Positions 20,969-33,378 are shown, counted from the first letter of the whole stretch. The stretch: DNA of 58,236 bases, filler included, from Asterionella formosa (GCA_002256025.1; 7 parts of 7 records of this genome joined end to end with filler, not necessarily neighbours in it), one strand, 5' to 3'. Program-made: numbers and translations. Notes: generated by a model from the letters alone, not told the origin.

Positions 20969-23095
20969 TTATTTCTTGCCTAGGTTAGACTGATCTATGC
21001 ATCCCTCCACACGGAATCGATTTATTGCTCCCGCGAGCTCAAGCGGTCTGGGTCTCGCCATGCCGCCATGAAATAGGGAAGGGGCCAGTCCATCAAGCCC
21101 CTCTAAGTCTAGTAACTGATCCAATTGGAGAATACCCTGAGCTAGTGATTTGGCATCAGTCAAAGAAGCAAACTTTTGAATCGCCATAACGATTGCAGTT
21201 GTTTGCGCTTTGCAAACAATCTGTTCCAGACCGGACAGATCTAGCTCATCATCTCCAAATCTTATGGCGCTACTCGATAGAACCTTTGATTGTCCAGTAG
21301 ATTCGAATAAGCTCCCTATTGCAAATCTTGAACGGATGGTACCAAACGGCAAATTTGTGCACGACGAAGGGTGCTCAGCGACGATCGCTTGCGCTTGTTT
21401 GGTGACATCTTCGCATTTGTAGTTATCCATCATCATAACAGAGTCTGCGACATCAAAAAAGTCACCAGCTCCACCAATAACTATGATGGATGAGATCTTC
21501 CATTCTTGGTACATTGCTCGAACCTTTCTAACAAATGGAGTTATTGGTTCTTTGTGAGGTGCCACAAGCTTCATCATTTTGTCGTCTCGAATCATGAAGT
21601 TTGTAGCACATGTATCCTCGTCCACCAAGAGGAGATCTGCACCTATCTCCATGGCCTAATACGAAATTTAAATAGGTTAGCAAAGCTTGTAAAAAGTTGA
21701 TGTGAGTTGCCTACAATCTGTTCCACAGTGATAGAAAAAATCTCGGTTGATCAGATCGTCAAGTCAGGAAAAGTTCTGACTAGCAGACCGCCCTTTCCAG
21801 ATTTGCTCTTGGCATCAAATTGCACTGCCATAGCTACAAAATAGGTACCAGGACCTAGCTAGACAGTAAATATACTGTTGAGCCGCTAGACCCAAGAAAT
21901 AGGCTCACACTCCCCTTACCTCAACAATGTTTGCTGCCTGACTCGTTGATCCACTTGCATCAGGCGTTGAAAAGCACTTTGTATCCTTTCCGAATGGCAG
22001 GTTTGAGATAAAGGGCGAAATATCCACTGCGGTGACCGAACGTCCGTCTTCTGCCCGAATCTTAATCGCATTCGGAGATGTCACAACAAAATCTCGTCCG
22101 TCTCCTGGAACTTTGGGGTAGACGCCAACTTGCAATGCGTCCAGAAGAGTGCTCTTTCCATGGAATCCACCACCGACAATGATAGATACGCCCTTTCGAA
22201 TCCCCATTCCGTGAATCTTGGTGCCTGCGTTGGGAAGCATGAAGCTGACTCTCAAGGATGCAGGAGACTGAAATGGTACAGCTGTTTGTGATTTCATGGG
22301 CGTGTCATTGGCCCCTGACAATCTAGGAAGCATTGCCCCGTCCCTCACGAATGCAACCAAACCTTGTGAGTCCAGCTGACATTGCAACCAAACTTGATCG
22401 TCGATTGAATCGACATGTTTTTCTATTCGATCAGCTTGTAGATTCGCATGTTTTAGTGCCTTTTCCACTAGGCAAGTCAAATTCTCCATGATTTGAATAG
22501 CCGCTCTACCAAGAATTGTTCGTCCACGAGCAGGTAGATTCACAGTCACTTGGGCGATCACGTCCCCAAGGGGAGACATCTGGACCGCAGTTTGTTCCAA
22601 AACGTGCTGGCAGGGTGACAAAATGGCCACGTCGCCTCCCTTGGGCCCCGACCATCCAGTTCCTCCCAAGCTGGCATCGGCCCCCACTTCCTTACATTGA
22701 TCGTACAAGATACGATGCAAAAAATCAGCTAGGCCCATGGCACGAACTTTTTTGGAATACAGAGTTGATGGGAAGTCAGCAATCTCGCCAGGCACGACAA
22801 TCCGAACTCTCGTAGGAGGTGCAAACGGGTCCCCTTGTGTCCGTCCAATGAACAAAGTAAAGTCCCGGAATCGCCACCCATGGTCAGTTTCAATATCACG
22901 ATAAAAAGGATACTGACGGCCGTCAATGCGTTCCAGCAGACGATATAGATCATCTGATGTTCCGCCGGTAGCAGGCTTCGTTCGCTGAGGTGCGTCGCGT
23001 GGACCCAAGCGTCCAGCGGGACCACCACGTCCCCCTCCCCTACCTCCACCATATTTGTTCTTATAATATTCCCCTCGTCCTCCTCCGGACAGCAT
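20969..23095 (-). CDS. Predicted ABC-class ATPase (COG3044 / ABC_ATPase family, MRB1590-like) with RGG-rich N-terminus; exons 23095-21920 and 21655-20969
   Basis: Walker A GGGFHGKSTLL, IRAEDGR, DASGSTSQAANIVE|AMEIG joined by GT-AG intron 21919-21656, Walker B LLLVDEDTCATNFMIRD; start could be further upstream (frame open to 23200). Confidence 0.88.
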
Positions 23096-23484
23096 GCTAA
23101 AATGAACGTACAACTGATGTAGGGGGCGTTTATTCGAAGCGATGATGCCTGATGCTCGACCGCAAATAAGGTAGAGTTGAACGAGAGAAACCAGAGTCAT
23201 ACGGGAGAGTCTGACAAGAACTGTGAACCCGTAACATATGTCTAAAAGTCAAATGGAAACCAGTAACAACCACAGCTAGTAATTGTATTTACATAGACGA
23301 TAACGACCATGAGTGTCGGACTTGAATTCATCACCACCATCGTCATATCTTTTGTTCCCAGGAGTACATCACATGATGTCATGTCATTCTGTATTTATTA
23401 TATACCGGTATTCTTATGACGAGAGCCATCATAATACCGGTACATGAAATAAATAAAATCATTAGCAAAACAATTGTGCAGATA

Positions 23485-23940
23485 TCATGATTCCCATTCC
23501 ATCATAGTTGTCGCAATGTACCGTAGGTTTCCTTGTATGTAGGGTCCATACCACCACTGCTTCCCTGACATGGTGAATTGTTTGAATATACACTCATCAT
23601 GGTGCCCAAAGATTATTAATAGCTTGAATCCTCTTGGAAATTGTGTACTAAGGTCCCCTCCCAATGGCGTTTTTTCCAGCTTATGTGGATCAACAGTGTC
23701 AACATGGTATTCAACAGTATTGCCATCCTTGTATCCTGATCCCCTTGTTACCTCAGCACCACCTCTTCCATGACACCAGCTGCTTCCTTGGAATGTATCT
23801 GAATCTATCTGTGCATACTTTGTACATATCCCAGATATCGTTTGCAGAAATCCCATCGGTATTGAATTGTTGCAGCTTTTTCATGTCCATCAACATGCAC
23901 ACCATCAGAATCCCACTTGAGTCATCCAGCAATAGCTAGA
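23485..23940 (-). mobile_element. Decayed DDE transposase relic (region around first catalytic Asp), probably same family as 1-1110
   Basis: VEYHVD...GGDLS.QFPRGFKLLIIFGHHDECIFKQF..KQW, matching the IFGQDE-type motif that precedes FDHSSGH in this family. Confidence 0.6.
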
Positions 23941-24151
23941 TGGTGGAAGGGCTAATGAAGGTAAATCCATGTGTGATCAGAATTTGTTTCAACTTTAACT
24001 TGTAACCCTCAGATTGGGCAAGTCAAGCACAACACTAACGCTCTGCTCCTCTTCCTCCTCAACAGGTTCATTGAATGTCAAGCAAATGGGCAAGTACTGC
24101 ATCTAAGACGCCGTTTACGGCACTTTTTCGAATTTATGTGTAAAGTGACGT

Positions 24152-24230
24152 ATTTATGCTACTTTTTTAAAATATTATGTTACTTTTCTAAAATATTATG
24201 TTACTTTTTTGAAGTATTATGCTACTTTTT
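24152..24230. repeat. 21-bp tandem repeat x4 (TTATGYTACTTTT core), probable TE subterminal repeats
   Basis: Cores at about 24154, 24175, 24196 and 24217. Confidence 0.7.
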
Positions 24231-24667
24231 CCCTAATTTATTCGGGTTAAACAAAAATTTATTTCACTTATCGAATAATTATGTGATCACACCAATAATT
24301 ATGTGTGTTCGTGACAATATATGTTGACCAACTAGCCATCGCAACAGTTTAAAAGCGAAATTATGCTGCTCTGCCGCAATATTATGCTGCTTTCACCATA
24401 TAATGAACGAAAGAGTCGCCAATTCCGATTCACTTATTATTTTTTCCGCTCCGACATATTTCTTTGATCTGAACTGGCAAAGAATAACACATGCAAGAGG
24501 ACGATTCACACTGTAGAATTCAGCACACGTAGTAGTAGTTGATGTTGTAGACACATAATTAAGTCATTGTTGATTGTAGAGATTACAATAGCCTGCCAGA
24601 TTGGAAATAAAGCACCGTTGGTACTTGTTGAGCATCGTTGAGCATTGCATGTCTCCGTAGTGAATCG

Positions 24668-24938
24668 AAATTGAGATGTGCCACAATGGCCTTCTCCGTC
24701 TCGGAGCAGCTACAAATAGTCTACAGCGATAACTCTAGCAAGTACAATATAGAAAAAGAACCAGAGGATGAGTAGCTGACAATAATTGAATTCGTAAGTT
24801 CGTTAAGAAACAGCTATTGCATATTTTAAATATTCAATGCATGTTGCCATCATAGTGAGTCAAAATTGAGATGTGCCGCAATGGCCTTCTCCTTTTCGGG
24901 TCGGCTACAAATAGTCTACAGCGATAACTCTAGCAAGT
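24668..24938. repeat. 76-bp direct repeat at 195-bp spacing at contig end
   Basis: AAATTGAGATGTGCC.CAATGGCCTTCTCC...TACAAATAGTCTACAGCGATAACTCTAGCAAGT at 24668-24743 and 24863-24938. Confidence 0.85.
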
Positions 24939-25038
24939 NNNNNNNNNNNNNNNNNNNNNNNNNNNNNNNNNNNNNNNNNNNNTTAATTAATTAANNNNNN
25001 NNNNNNNNNNNNNNNNNNNNNNNNNNNNNNNNNNNNNN
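24939..25038. other. Artificial contig linker
   Basis: N44-TTAATTAATTAA-N44. Confidence 0.98.
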
Positions 25039-26088
25039 GAGTACATTGTCCCAACTTGGTACGAGGGATTTTGTCTGGAACAATCGAAAAAGAAAGAAGC
25101 TGCTGGAAGAACAAGAAACAAAAAGAATCTTCGGACCAACATTTTAGATGATTACTATCCTGGATCACCTCATCATGATGAGAAATTGTTGAAACGAGCA
25201 GAATCCGTAATGCCTTGTCCTAAGGGTGTTCCATGTCACATGACAATATCTGCCATTCACAAACTAAACCTGACGGAAGCTAAAGAGTTGTGTGGATACC
25301 TTTGTTACAAATGGAAGAATCGTAAAGGAATAGAAGTTACCAAGAGTTTGGCCGTGTCTGGAAGCAAACCTGAAATCCAACGACGTATTGTGTCGTGGTT
25401 TTATTTACGTGGTAAGCAAGATCGTGGTGCTGGTGATGGTGGCGGTGTAGCGAAAAGGAAGAAAGCCTCGACGGCTACTTTAACAAAACCAATCCATCAG
25501 TTGATGGTATCTCGCCCAACTGCTGGTTTCGCTGCCATGCCGCAGACGAAAGCAAAATCATTGAAACCAGCACCAGTGAAACCACCACCATTAAAACCAG
25601 CACCATTGAAACCAGCATCAGTGAAACCAGCACCAGTTTCATTCATATCACCACGGCCGTATCATCGTGTGAGGATGTTGGATGATGAACATGTTGAAGT
25701 AACGAAAGCATCATCAGGTTCCAAGAGGACAGCTACGGATCGTCATTCGTTCGTGGATACCAACACCCAAGAGCATTACACTCCCGAAGTTGTACCAGTG
25801 ATGAATCACCCAACGATTCCTACTGCTGCTACTACTACTACTGAACCATTGGTGTTTTGCATCCAATCCTTGAATGAATTGTGGAAACTAAATTTGGAAA
25901 TGAATCAAACCATGGATAAAATTGAACTGCAATTACATCAAGAACGTTGGTTTTCCCCAGCGGCAAAGAAACAAAAAATGGAACAGTTGCAAAGTTATTC
26001 CCAAATTTCTCAACATTTGGAATCTCGAATGAAACTCATGTGCAATGAAAATATTACAAGGGCTCCTGGTACTGCTAATGATCTCTAA
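25039..26088 (+). CDS. Hypothetical protein, 5'-partial; possible SAP-like motif, KPAP repeats, coiled-coil C-terminus
   Basis: Frame is open from the contig start to TAA at 26088; LNLTEAKELC...LAVSGSKPEIQRRI resembles a SAP motif; 15-bp KPAP(V/L) repeats at 25560-25640. Confidence 0.6.
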   Translation, partial: EYIVPTWYEGFCLEQSKKKEAAGRTRNKKNLRTNILDDYYPGSPHHDEKLLKRAESVMPCPKGVPCHMTISAIHKLNLTEAKELCGYLCYKWKNRKGIEVTKSLAVSGSKPEIQRRIVSWFYLRGKQDRGAGDGGGVAKRKKASTATLTKPIHQLMVSRPTAGFAAMPQTKAKSLKPAPVKPPPLKPAPLKPASVKPAPVSFISPRPYHRVRMLDDEHVEVTKASSGSKRTATDRHSFVDTNTQEHYTPEVVPVMNHPTIPTAATTTTEPLVFCIQSLNELWKLNLEMNQTMDKIELQLHQERWFSPAAKKQKMEQLQSYSQISQHLESRMKLMCNENITRAPGTANDL

Positions 26089-27210
26089 TCGACAATGAGG
26101 GAAACAGCAGAATCAGGAGGAGATTTTTGATTTTGATCAGTTCACAGATTATAAATAGGAATAGATCAATAGTATATATGTAGTTGACTGCATGATTGCC
26201 AAGAAGGAATTGAGTGGTGTTGTATTTGAAAGCAAGAGGGACAATATTAGGATACCTTTCCATATATTAAAACCCATGTTGTGCTTTACTGTATCTTCAA
26301 ACATGCCTTTACAGAAACATTCCCATAATGCTTCCATGACCCCCCTGCCCTGTTGAAATATTTATCATCTGTATGGCCTCTACCAAGAGAACATGCAGAT
26401 GTTGTCAGTTGCTGAAATCCAAAACTCAGGAACAGAGGAATCAAGAATCATGGTCAAGCCTCAATGGTATAACATTTAAAACAGGCGAGGAAAACACATG
26501 AACAAAACTGTATCGAATTCTGGTTTGAATTGCAATTCAAAAACGGTTGGTTACATGGTTTCCTATGAGTGAGATATTTGTAAGACCAGGGGAAAGTGAA
26601 TGGCATTTGCTCTTTTTCGCTTTCCCACAGAAAGTGCTTGGCTTATAAAAATTATTCTACATTGCTTCTCCAGCTTTCTTTCTTTTTCATGTTGTCTCTA
26701 GTAGGGTAATTAAAAAGATAGGTTTTCGTTGTACTGTATGGACGATTAAAACCGCTACAGATCCCTATGCACCAGCGCCCAAAGTCACCATGTTTTTGGG
26801 TTGATCCTGTGTTGGTAAGTAAGTACATGAACATCAGGGCTGGTGGAGCCAGGAAGTGCTACGTAGTCTACCCGTTTAGCAAATGAGTAGTCTTGAAGCG
26901 CTTGTTGTAAGTGAGGTTAAATGTTTTTCAAACAATTTGTATTCGATAAAATACATGAACCGGAATAGTTGGTTTGTCCTACTATGTTCCAAATCTGATA
27001 TGAAATGATTCAATCTGAACCTGTTTTGTTGATAACTACATGTTAGGGTTAGGGTACCACAACATATGTTCGCATGGGTGAGTTTTGATTTCTTAACCTC
27101 AATTGGACTTTGCCAGGAAGCACCATGCAGACCCCTCTACCTTCTATAGAGTAGCCTTAGTTAAGTTGATTAATGAATAACAGTATTTATACTATTACAC
27201 TTTACTGCCT

Positions 27211-28092
27211 CTATTCATCATAAGTAGTAAAATGCAAATATGCAAATGCTTCATTGTTTGCTTCATTCCTGGATGTGAGCAAAGTTGCATCTGGGTATTG
27301 CTCAACCAAGAATTCCACCACATCAATGGATTTTGATGTGCTTTGAAGTGCATATTGCAAAGGAAGCAATTTAAAGTAATCCTTGACCTTGACAGAATCA
27401 GGATATTGTTGGACCAAGAGCTTCACCACCTCAGACACACTGTTCTCGCATGCATAGTGCAAGGGAAGCTTTTCATCAGTGTCTTTGACTTTCACAGAAT
27501 CAGGATATTGCTGGATTAAAAATTTTACAACTTCAAGTGACGCCATTCCTTGGCAAGCAAGGTGCAAAGGAAGCATTTGTTTAATGTTCTTGACCTTGAC
27601 AGAAGCAGGCACTTGTTGGACAAAGAACTCAACAACTTCAAGTGGTGGATTCCTTTGACATAAATGATGCAAAGGAAGCGTATCACTCTTGACCTTCAAA
27701 GAATCAGGATATTGCTGCACCAAGAAGTCCAAAACTTCAGCTGGCATATTTTTCTTAAATGCATGGTGCAAAGGAAGCAATTGAATACTGTCCTTGACCT
27801 TGACAGAATCAGGATATTGTTGGACCAAGAATTTCACGACTTCAACTGATGCATTATTCTTGCATGCATAGTGCAGAGGAAGCGATTCAAGAGTGTCCTT
27901 GGCCTTGACAGAATCAGGATATTGTTGGACCAAGAATTGTATCACGTCAAGTGGTGCCCCATTCATACACGCATAATGCAAAGAAAGAAAAGTACCATTG
28001 CACTTGACCTTGAGGAAATGGGGATTTGCTTCCACAATACTTCGAATCTTATCAATTGGCACTCCATTTTCGAGCCCCCTTATCAAATCCAT
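27211..28092 (-). CDS. Ankyrin-repeat protein
   Basis: About seven ~35-aa repeats LPLHYAC..AS.EVVKFLVQQYPDSVKVKD; intact 293-aa ORF. Confidence 0.9.
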   Translation of the reverse strand: MDLIRGLENGVPIDKIRSIVEANPHFLKVKCNGTFLSLHYACMNGAPLDVIQFLVQQYPDSVKAKDTLESLPLHYACKNNASVEVVKFLVQQYPDSVKVKDSIQLLPLHHAFKKNMPAEVLDFLVQQYPDSLKVKSDTLPLHHLCQRNPPLEVVEFFVQQVPASVKVKNIKQMLPLHLACQGMASLEVVKFLIQQYPDSVKVKDTDEKLPLHYACENSVSEVVKLLVQQYPDSVKVKDYFKLLPLQYALQSTSKSIDVVEFLVEQYPDATLLTSRNEANNEAFAYLHFTTYDE

Positions 28093-29410
28093 ATTTTCTG
28101 CTACACATGAACAAAACAGAGAAAGGAAACGAGGATAGCAATGATGCGATCGACTGTTTGGTCAGAACAATTCGAACATTCTGCTGCATTCCTACTCTTC
28201 ATCTACTTGGACACGCACCATTTTTGGCCATGTCTGACACTGCTATTGCTGTAGTTAATGTTGTTGCTGGTTGACAGTCACTCTTTAGAAGGACTGATTG
28301 TTGACTTCGATTACCGGTACCTGTTACTTTCTTTGAAGATCCGAATTTGATGTACCGGTACACACGTAGGAAAACAATGATGGCAAGAAGCGAACAGCAC
28401 GGGAGTACACACGGCCATATGGTATTGCCATCAGGCATCTGTCGTAGCAGACTATGGTACAAGGACCAGGTACTGTCACATAATCGATTAGCGTACGTAG
28501 TGCTGTAAACTTGTACAGGAACAGATTACGGCAGTTATTCATATGAAGCCTACCGGTACCTGGTCGGTTCCTAGACGCAGCGCAAGGACCATGTCGCATG
28601 CACGCAAGCAAGCAAATCAATTATGATTTCTACCTAAACAGATTTGTGTACCATGTGACAAAATATGGGAACACGCATGTATGTATATACTTCCTATCCA
28701 TCAAGGATCCAATATATCATACCGGTATGCAACGTATCTATTTATGTGTCAGATTCTAAATATTTGTTTATTTAGACTCGTAGCCACCAAACCTCGAATG
28801 CATAGTTGCGCACCTATATTTTCTGTATGGTACCAGTACTAAAACCGACTTTTATTACGGTACTTGTATAGACTACCGGCATACTTGTGGAACTGGTACA
28901 AGGTACCCTAACACTCTTGTACCTCCATTATTAGGTTTTGTTGTCCAATCATACAACTTATGTATACACCATGATGTAGGATGCTTATGTAGGATGCGAT
29001 ACATTCGTTTTTCTCATGATCTCCATGCTCCAGATACTCTATAGGAGTTGGTGTTGCTTATAAACATTCGTTCATTCGTAGTTCATGAATCATCATTGAT
29101 TGTCATTTGTCATCTTCATCCATCGCCTACCCCGCCGCCCAGCACATATCATATAAATCTAAATTGACAGTAACAATATTAAAATACATGTATGTACCAA
29201 CACACAGTCTCATAATTGAGTCGTTGAAGAGTCCATCATCATTCATCCAAAAGGACACATTTGGTTGTGTCATCCAAAACAGTCGACTTTTGATATTTTG
29301 ATTTGTGTGGTTGGATTGCATTACCTATACATATATATAGATACAAGAACAAAATAATAATAAACATTTGACACTACAACATCACAAAAGGATCCGTTCG
29401 TTCCATTGAT

Positions 29411-31485
29411 ATGAATCGCTTCCCATCATCATTATCAAGGAGTGTTGAATCGACACATCATGACAACAGTTACGATGAAACAGCAGCAACAGCAACGACA
29501 AGAACGAAACATGGAATGACAGTTGATAACGACGATGAAAACAAAAACAAAAAAAGCGTAACAGAACAAGAAAGAAAGGAGAACAACAATGAATTGCATC
29601 CGAGGCGAGAATCTCAACTTCGGTTTGCGGAGGAAGTGACAATAATCGTTAGTCCCAACAGCAACAGCAGCACTACTAATGATCAGGAGCACAAGAATCC
29701 CATCTTTACATTTTCTGAAAATGACGACGAGGATGATGAAACGTCCATGAGTACAGAAGATATGCCTCGGTGCATGTCAGCACCCGCACAATTTGGTCGG
29801 CCTGTTTCTCCTCCAATGAATCGTAATAATGAAACTACATTAATGCGACAATCTCCTGGATCAGCTACTTTACGACCGCATGATTCAGCCCTGTGGTCAA
29901 CATATACTGGAGATGAACAAGATGATGGAGAGTATCCAATTAGTCCAAGAATAGATTCGAACCGTCACTCGGATGATGCAGATGGTAGTTCTCGAAAGGT
30001 TACTATTTTGGGATGGAGCCTTCCTCTATGCTTCACAAATGGACCCACCTGGATACAAGTTGCATCACGGGTGGTTCGATATGCACCATGTTTTTGTATC
30101 ATCAGACAACGCCTAGGTCCAGGTGCTACTGATCGATCCATACTACTACAACTCAATTTACTATGTGCTTTCTTTGCAGGTGTTCAGATTGCATCAGCTT
30201 CTTGGTGGGCCATCCTACTGTTCTCAGAACATATTGTCAATCGGTATTCCGAATATTCAGAGATAGCTAATCCATTTGTACCCAACTTGTGGAATCCCAA
30301 TGCGACACTCTTGTTGCTTGGTATGGTGGCTGTGCTGATCTTATTTACAATGGTTTTCACATTATCAATAGTACGAGAAGTGGATCTTGTTTGGTCCCTA
30401 CGATATTTGTGGCTGTTGCTATGGATATTGCCACTAGAAATATTTTTTGTTATTGGGATGTTTGACTATCTTCAAGTATCATCTGTTTGGGTAAAGCAAT
30501 GGTGGACAGCATCTACCATGGCATACTTTCGTGAATTGTTCTGTGCCGACAATACCTACAACACAAAGTGCATGGTGCCGATTGATGGTGGACTTTTGTT
30601 TTCCACAGAGGAAGATTGGTGCCGAATGAATTTCAATGCAACAGATTGCTCCTCAATTCGTGACAATGCACAGCAGTCAATGGATTACTTTGTCTCGTGT
30701 TTTTTCAATATCAATGGCTTTTGGGGACTTTTTACAATATTTCTGGTAAGTGTTTTATTGAATTGAATTTCCATTGAATTGATTTTTTTTGGGAACAAAT
30801 CGCTTACCACAATTCTTATCAAAAAATACAACAGCTTTGCTTAATAGTTGGTGTTCTGGAGGGCATCATCACAAAACCAATTGTTCAGGCATCACGAGAG
30901 TCAAATATTCCCTTGTGGCTTTCAGTACCAACCCTTGGGTGTACTACAGTTGGTATTCTACTTTTATTTGTTCCATCTTCGATCATACGGGTGGCATCCC
31001 CTTCCGATTCCACATGGATTGGCATTGTCTACCTTCTCTGTGGATGCACATTTTTCATATCAGCGCTACTGGGGTGGTTCATTTCGTCCTATAGTATTTT
31101 GAACTCCCGTGATAAGAGGACAAAATTGTTTTTGGTCTATGTCTTTATGACAATAATGATCACTACAGTTGTTTTGATTGGAATTATCTTTGTTGTTTCC
31201 ATTCTTTCAAGCCTTGATGTCTTCAATTACAGTATGAGTAATGAACAGCGTGGAAACATAGCATGTACCATTGATTTGCAGGGCACATGTACACTTTGTG
31301 GCAATACTCTTGGTGAAAGCCAATGTCCCCAATGGTCCAATGAAGATGTGAAATTGATATTACGAGCTGAACTAAAAGAGAGTGCAACATTGGCAGCTAT
31401 TGTATTACTTTACTCACTTGGGGCACTACGGTATGGGTTTGTACTGCGAAAACATATTGCAGAATATCAAATTGATTATGTTTGA
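29411..31485 (+). CDS. Multi-pass membrane protein (~8 TM, two Cys-rich loops) with long disordered N-terminus; exons 29411-30745 and 30835-31485
   Basis: GT-AG intron 30746-30834 joins the 451-aa and 190-aa ORFs in frame (FTIFL|LCLIVGVLEG); repeated hydrophobic segments. Confidence 0.8.
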
Positions 31486-31961
31486 ATTGTATGCTATAAT
31501 ATCAAGTTAACATGTGCCACTATACCTATATACCCATGCAATGTGATGGGGTGTATGAACGAACTTGAGGGACAAGAAAAATGAGTGCTGCTTCCGTGTT
31601 TTGTGCTGTATATTTGACTAAAAATAAGCACAGAATTTGACTCCTTTTAAGATGTGTGTTACATTAAGTTTCGTTTTGATTGATTCTTTCTTTAAATGTA
31701 CAATGTATTGTTTGAAGCAAATCTATTTTATGATATGACTTTTTAGCAGTCAATATGCCCATTCTATTTATAAAGTCTCATCATTTTGGCAAGAATGAAT
31801 CATTTCATAATCAAATGTGTTCTACGAGGTTGTAGTATACCAGTATCATGACTTGTATGTATATACATGCTCAAAACTCAAGGTGATGTTTTTCTGTATG
31901 TTTGGATAAACCTACAAAACAAAAGTTTTTTCCATAATGATGCACTGTAGGATTTTCCTTA

Positions 31962-33182
31962 TTAAAGGTCTTCCAATGTTTGAATGACCAACGCTTTTTC
32001 ATCCCTGAATTGTGCATCTGTTGCTTCCTTGTCTTTATGCAATCCATCCAAGTACTTGATCAATTTGACTTTATTATCACATAAAATCTTGATAATATCA
32101 GGTGGTTTCTGCGGATTGGCCACAAAGATCTTAAATACATGAAAGGCATCCAATGTAATATGTGGCGATGTGTCTCGTAACAACAGCATACTGGTAATAA
32201 GATTTTGTTTGGACACCACATATTGCATCATGACAGAATAGTTGGATCGTTTCAACAGTACTGTACTGAGTATTTGCAATGCCATTCGTCGTATTATATA
32301 ATTGGAATGTGACAACAGTTGTGATTGAAACAAGTCTTCAAACAATGCCTTGTAGTCTCGTTGTAAAAAGTCTGCAGCATCATTTGCTGTAAATACCACT
32401 CTCAAACTTTCCATAGCATCACTGGCCACATCAAAGTTGGGTGAATGACAGTACTTGTCTAAAAATACAAGCACGTACTGTTGCACCCGATCCGACGTGG
32501 CCACCAATTCTTGATACAAAATGGGGGTCTTGACACAGGCTCGGTACATGCTTCCGCAATGTAACACAACATCAGGAATGGCAGAATCATGTCCTGCCAT
32601 GATGGGATCCAGTACTTGTGAGAAATGGCATTGCACAAATCTGCCAAAGGCGTGCATTGTGGGTGAATACAATTCTGCATCAGTCCCGTCCAATCCACAC
32701 ACTAACAAGTAATTGAAAATGGCAGCCACGTCTTTTTTGGATTCAAAGGCCAATTGTGGTAGTTTGTTCAATAACGTGACAATGAGGGCAGTGCTGGTAG
32801 TAGCACTTTCGGAATCTGGAACAATCAGACCTTGCATCGTGTCATGTGCCACTCGACACGTGGCCATTGTGTTGGCCTGTTGATGAGTCCGACGTTCATC
32901 GTACAAGAGGTATCGCAGACGCGATAATCTCGCTTGCACCGCTTGAGACGCAGAGTTGTTGTTGCTGTTGTTGTCAGCGTCATCGTCATTTCCTGCTGGA
33001 TCAGAGGGAAAGAGACGGGCCAAATCCTTGTCGAGACCCTGCAGCAAAGCAAGAGGGTCAGAGATGGAATCCACATTATCCTTGGTGGCGTCAAATGGTT
33101 TGCTTTTGCTATTGCTATTGCTATTGTTGTTGCCAAAGAACAGACCGCCTGACAGCCATTCAAAGGGAGTGGACGAAGCCAT
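31962..33182 (-). CDS. MO25: MO25 / calcium-binding protein 39 family
   Basis: FESKKDVAAIFNYL, NFDVASDA, NYIIRRMALQIL, DAFHVFKIFVANPQKP and QFRDEKALVI. Confidence 0.93.
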   Translation of the reverse strand: MASSTPFEWLSGGLFFGNNNSNSNSKSKPFDATKDNVDSISDPLALLQGLDKDLARLFPSDPAGNDDDADNNSNNNSASQAVQARLSRLRYLLYDERRTHQQANTMATCRVAHDTMQGLIVPDSESATTSTALIVTLLNKLPQLAFESKKDVAAIFNYLLVCGLDGTDAELYSPTMHAFGRFVQCHFSQVLDPIMAGHDSAIPDVVLHCGSMYRACVKTPILYQELVATSDRVQQYVLVFLDKYCHSPNFDVASDAMESLRVVFTANDAADFLQRDYKALFEDLFQSQLLSHSNYIIRRMALQILSTVLLKRSNYSVMMQYVVSKQNLITSMLLLRDTSPHITLDAFHVFKIFVANPQKPPDIIKILCDNKVKLIKYLDGLHKDKEATDAQFRDEKALVIQTLEDL

Positions 33183-33278
33183 TCTAGATATTATTTATTG
33201 CCTTTGTTTTGGTGGTTAACGAGTGATTATAAGGCTTTCATCAAATCCACGGCGACTCCTATTCATTCAGATCTGCCT

Positions 33279-33378
33279 NNNNNNNNNNNNNNNNNNNNNN
33301 NNNNNNNNNNNNNNNNNNNNNNTTAATTAATTAANNNNNNNNNNNNNNNNNNNNNNNNNNNNNNNNNNNNNNNNNNNN
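33279..33378. other. Artificial contig linker
   Basis: N44-TTAATTAATTAA-N44. Confidence 0.98.

Noticed and set aside
18794..23095. POLI plus ABC ATPase as a prokaryote-like repair or defence operon
   Set aside because: Convergent, intron-containing eukaryotic genes; adjacency alone shows no functional link.
27042..27054. TTAGGGTTAGGG as a telomere
   Set aside because: Only two units, internal to a contig.
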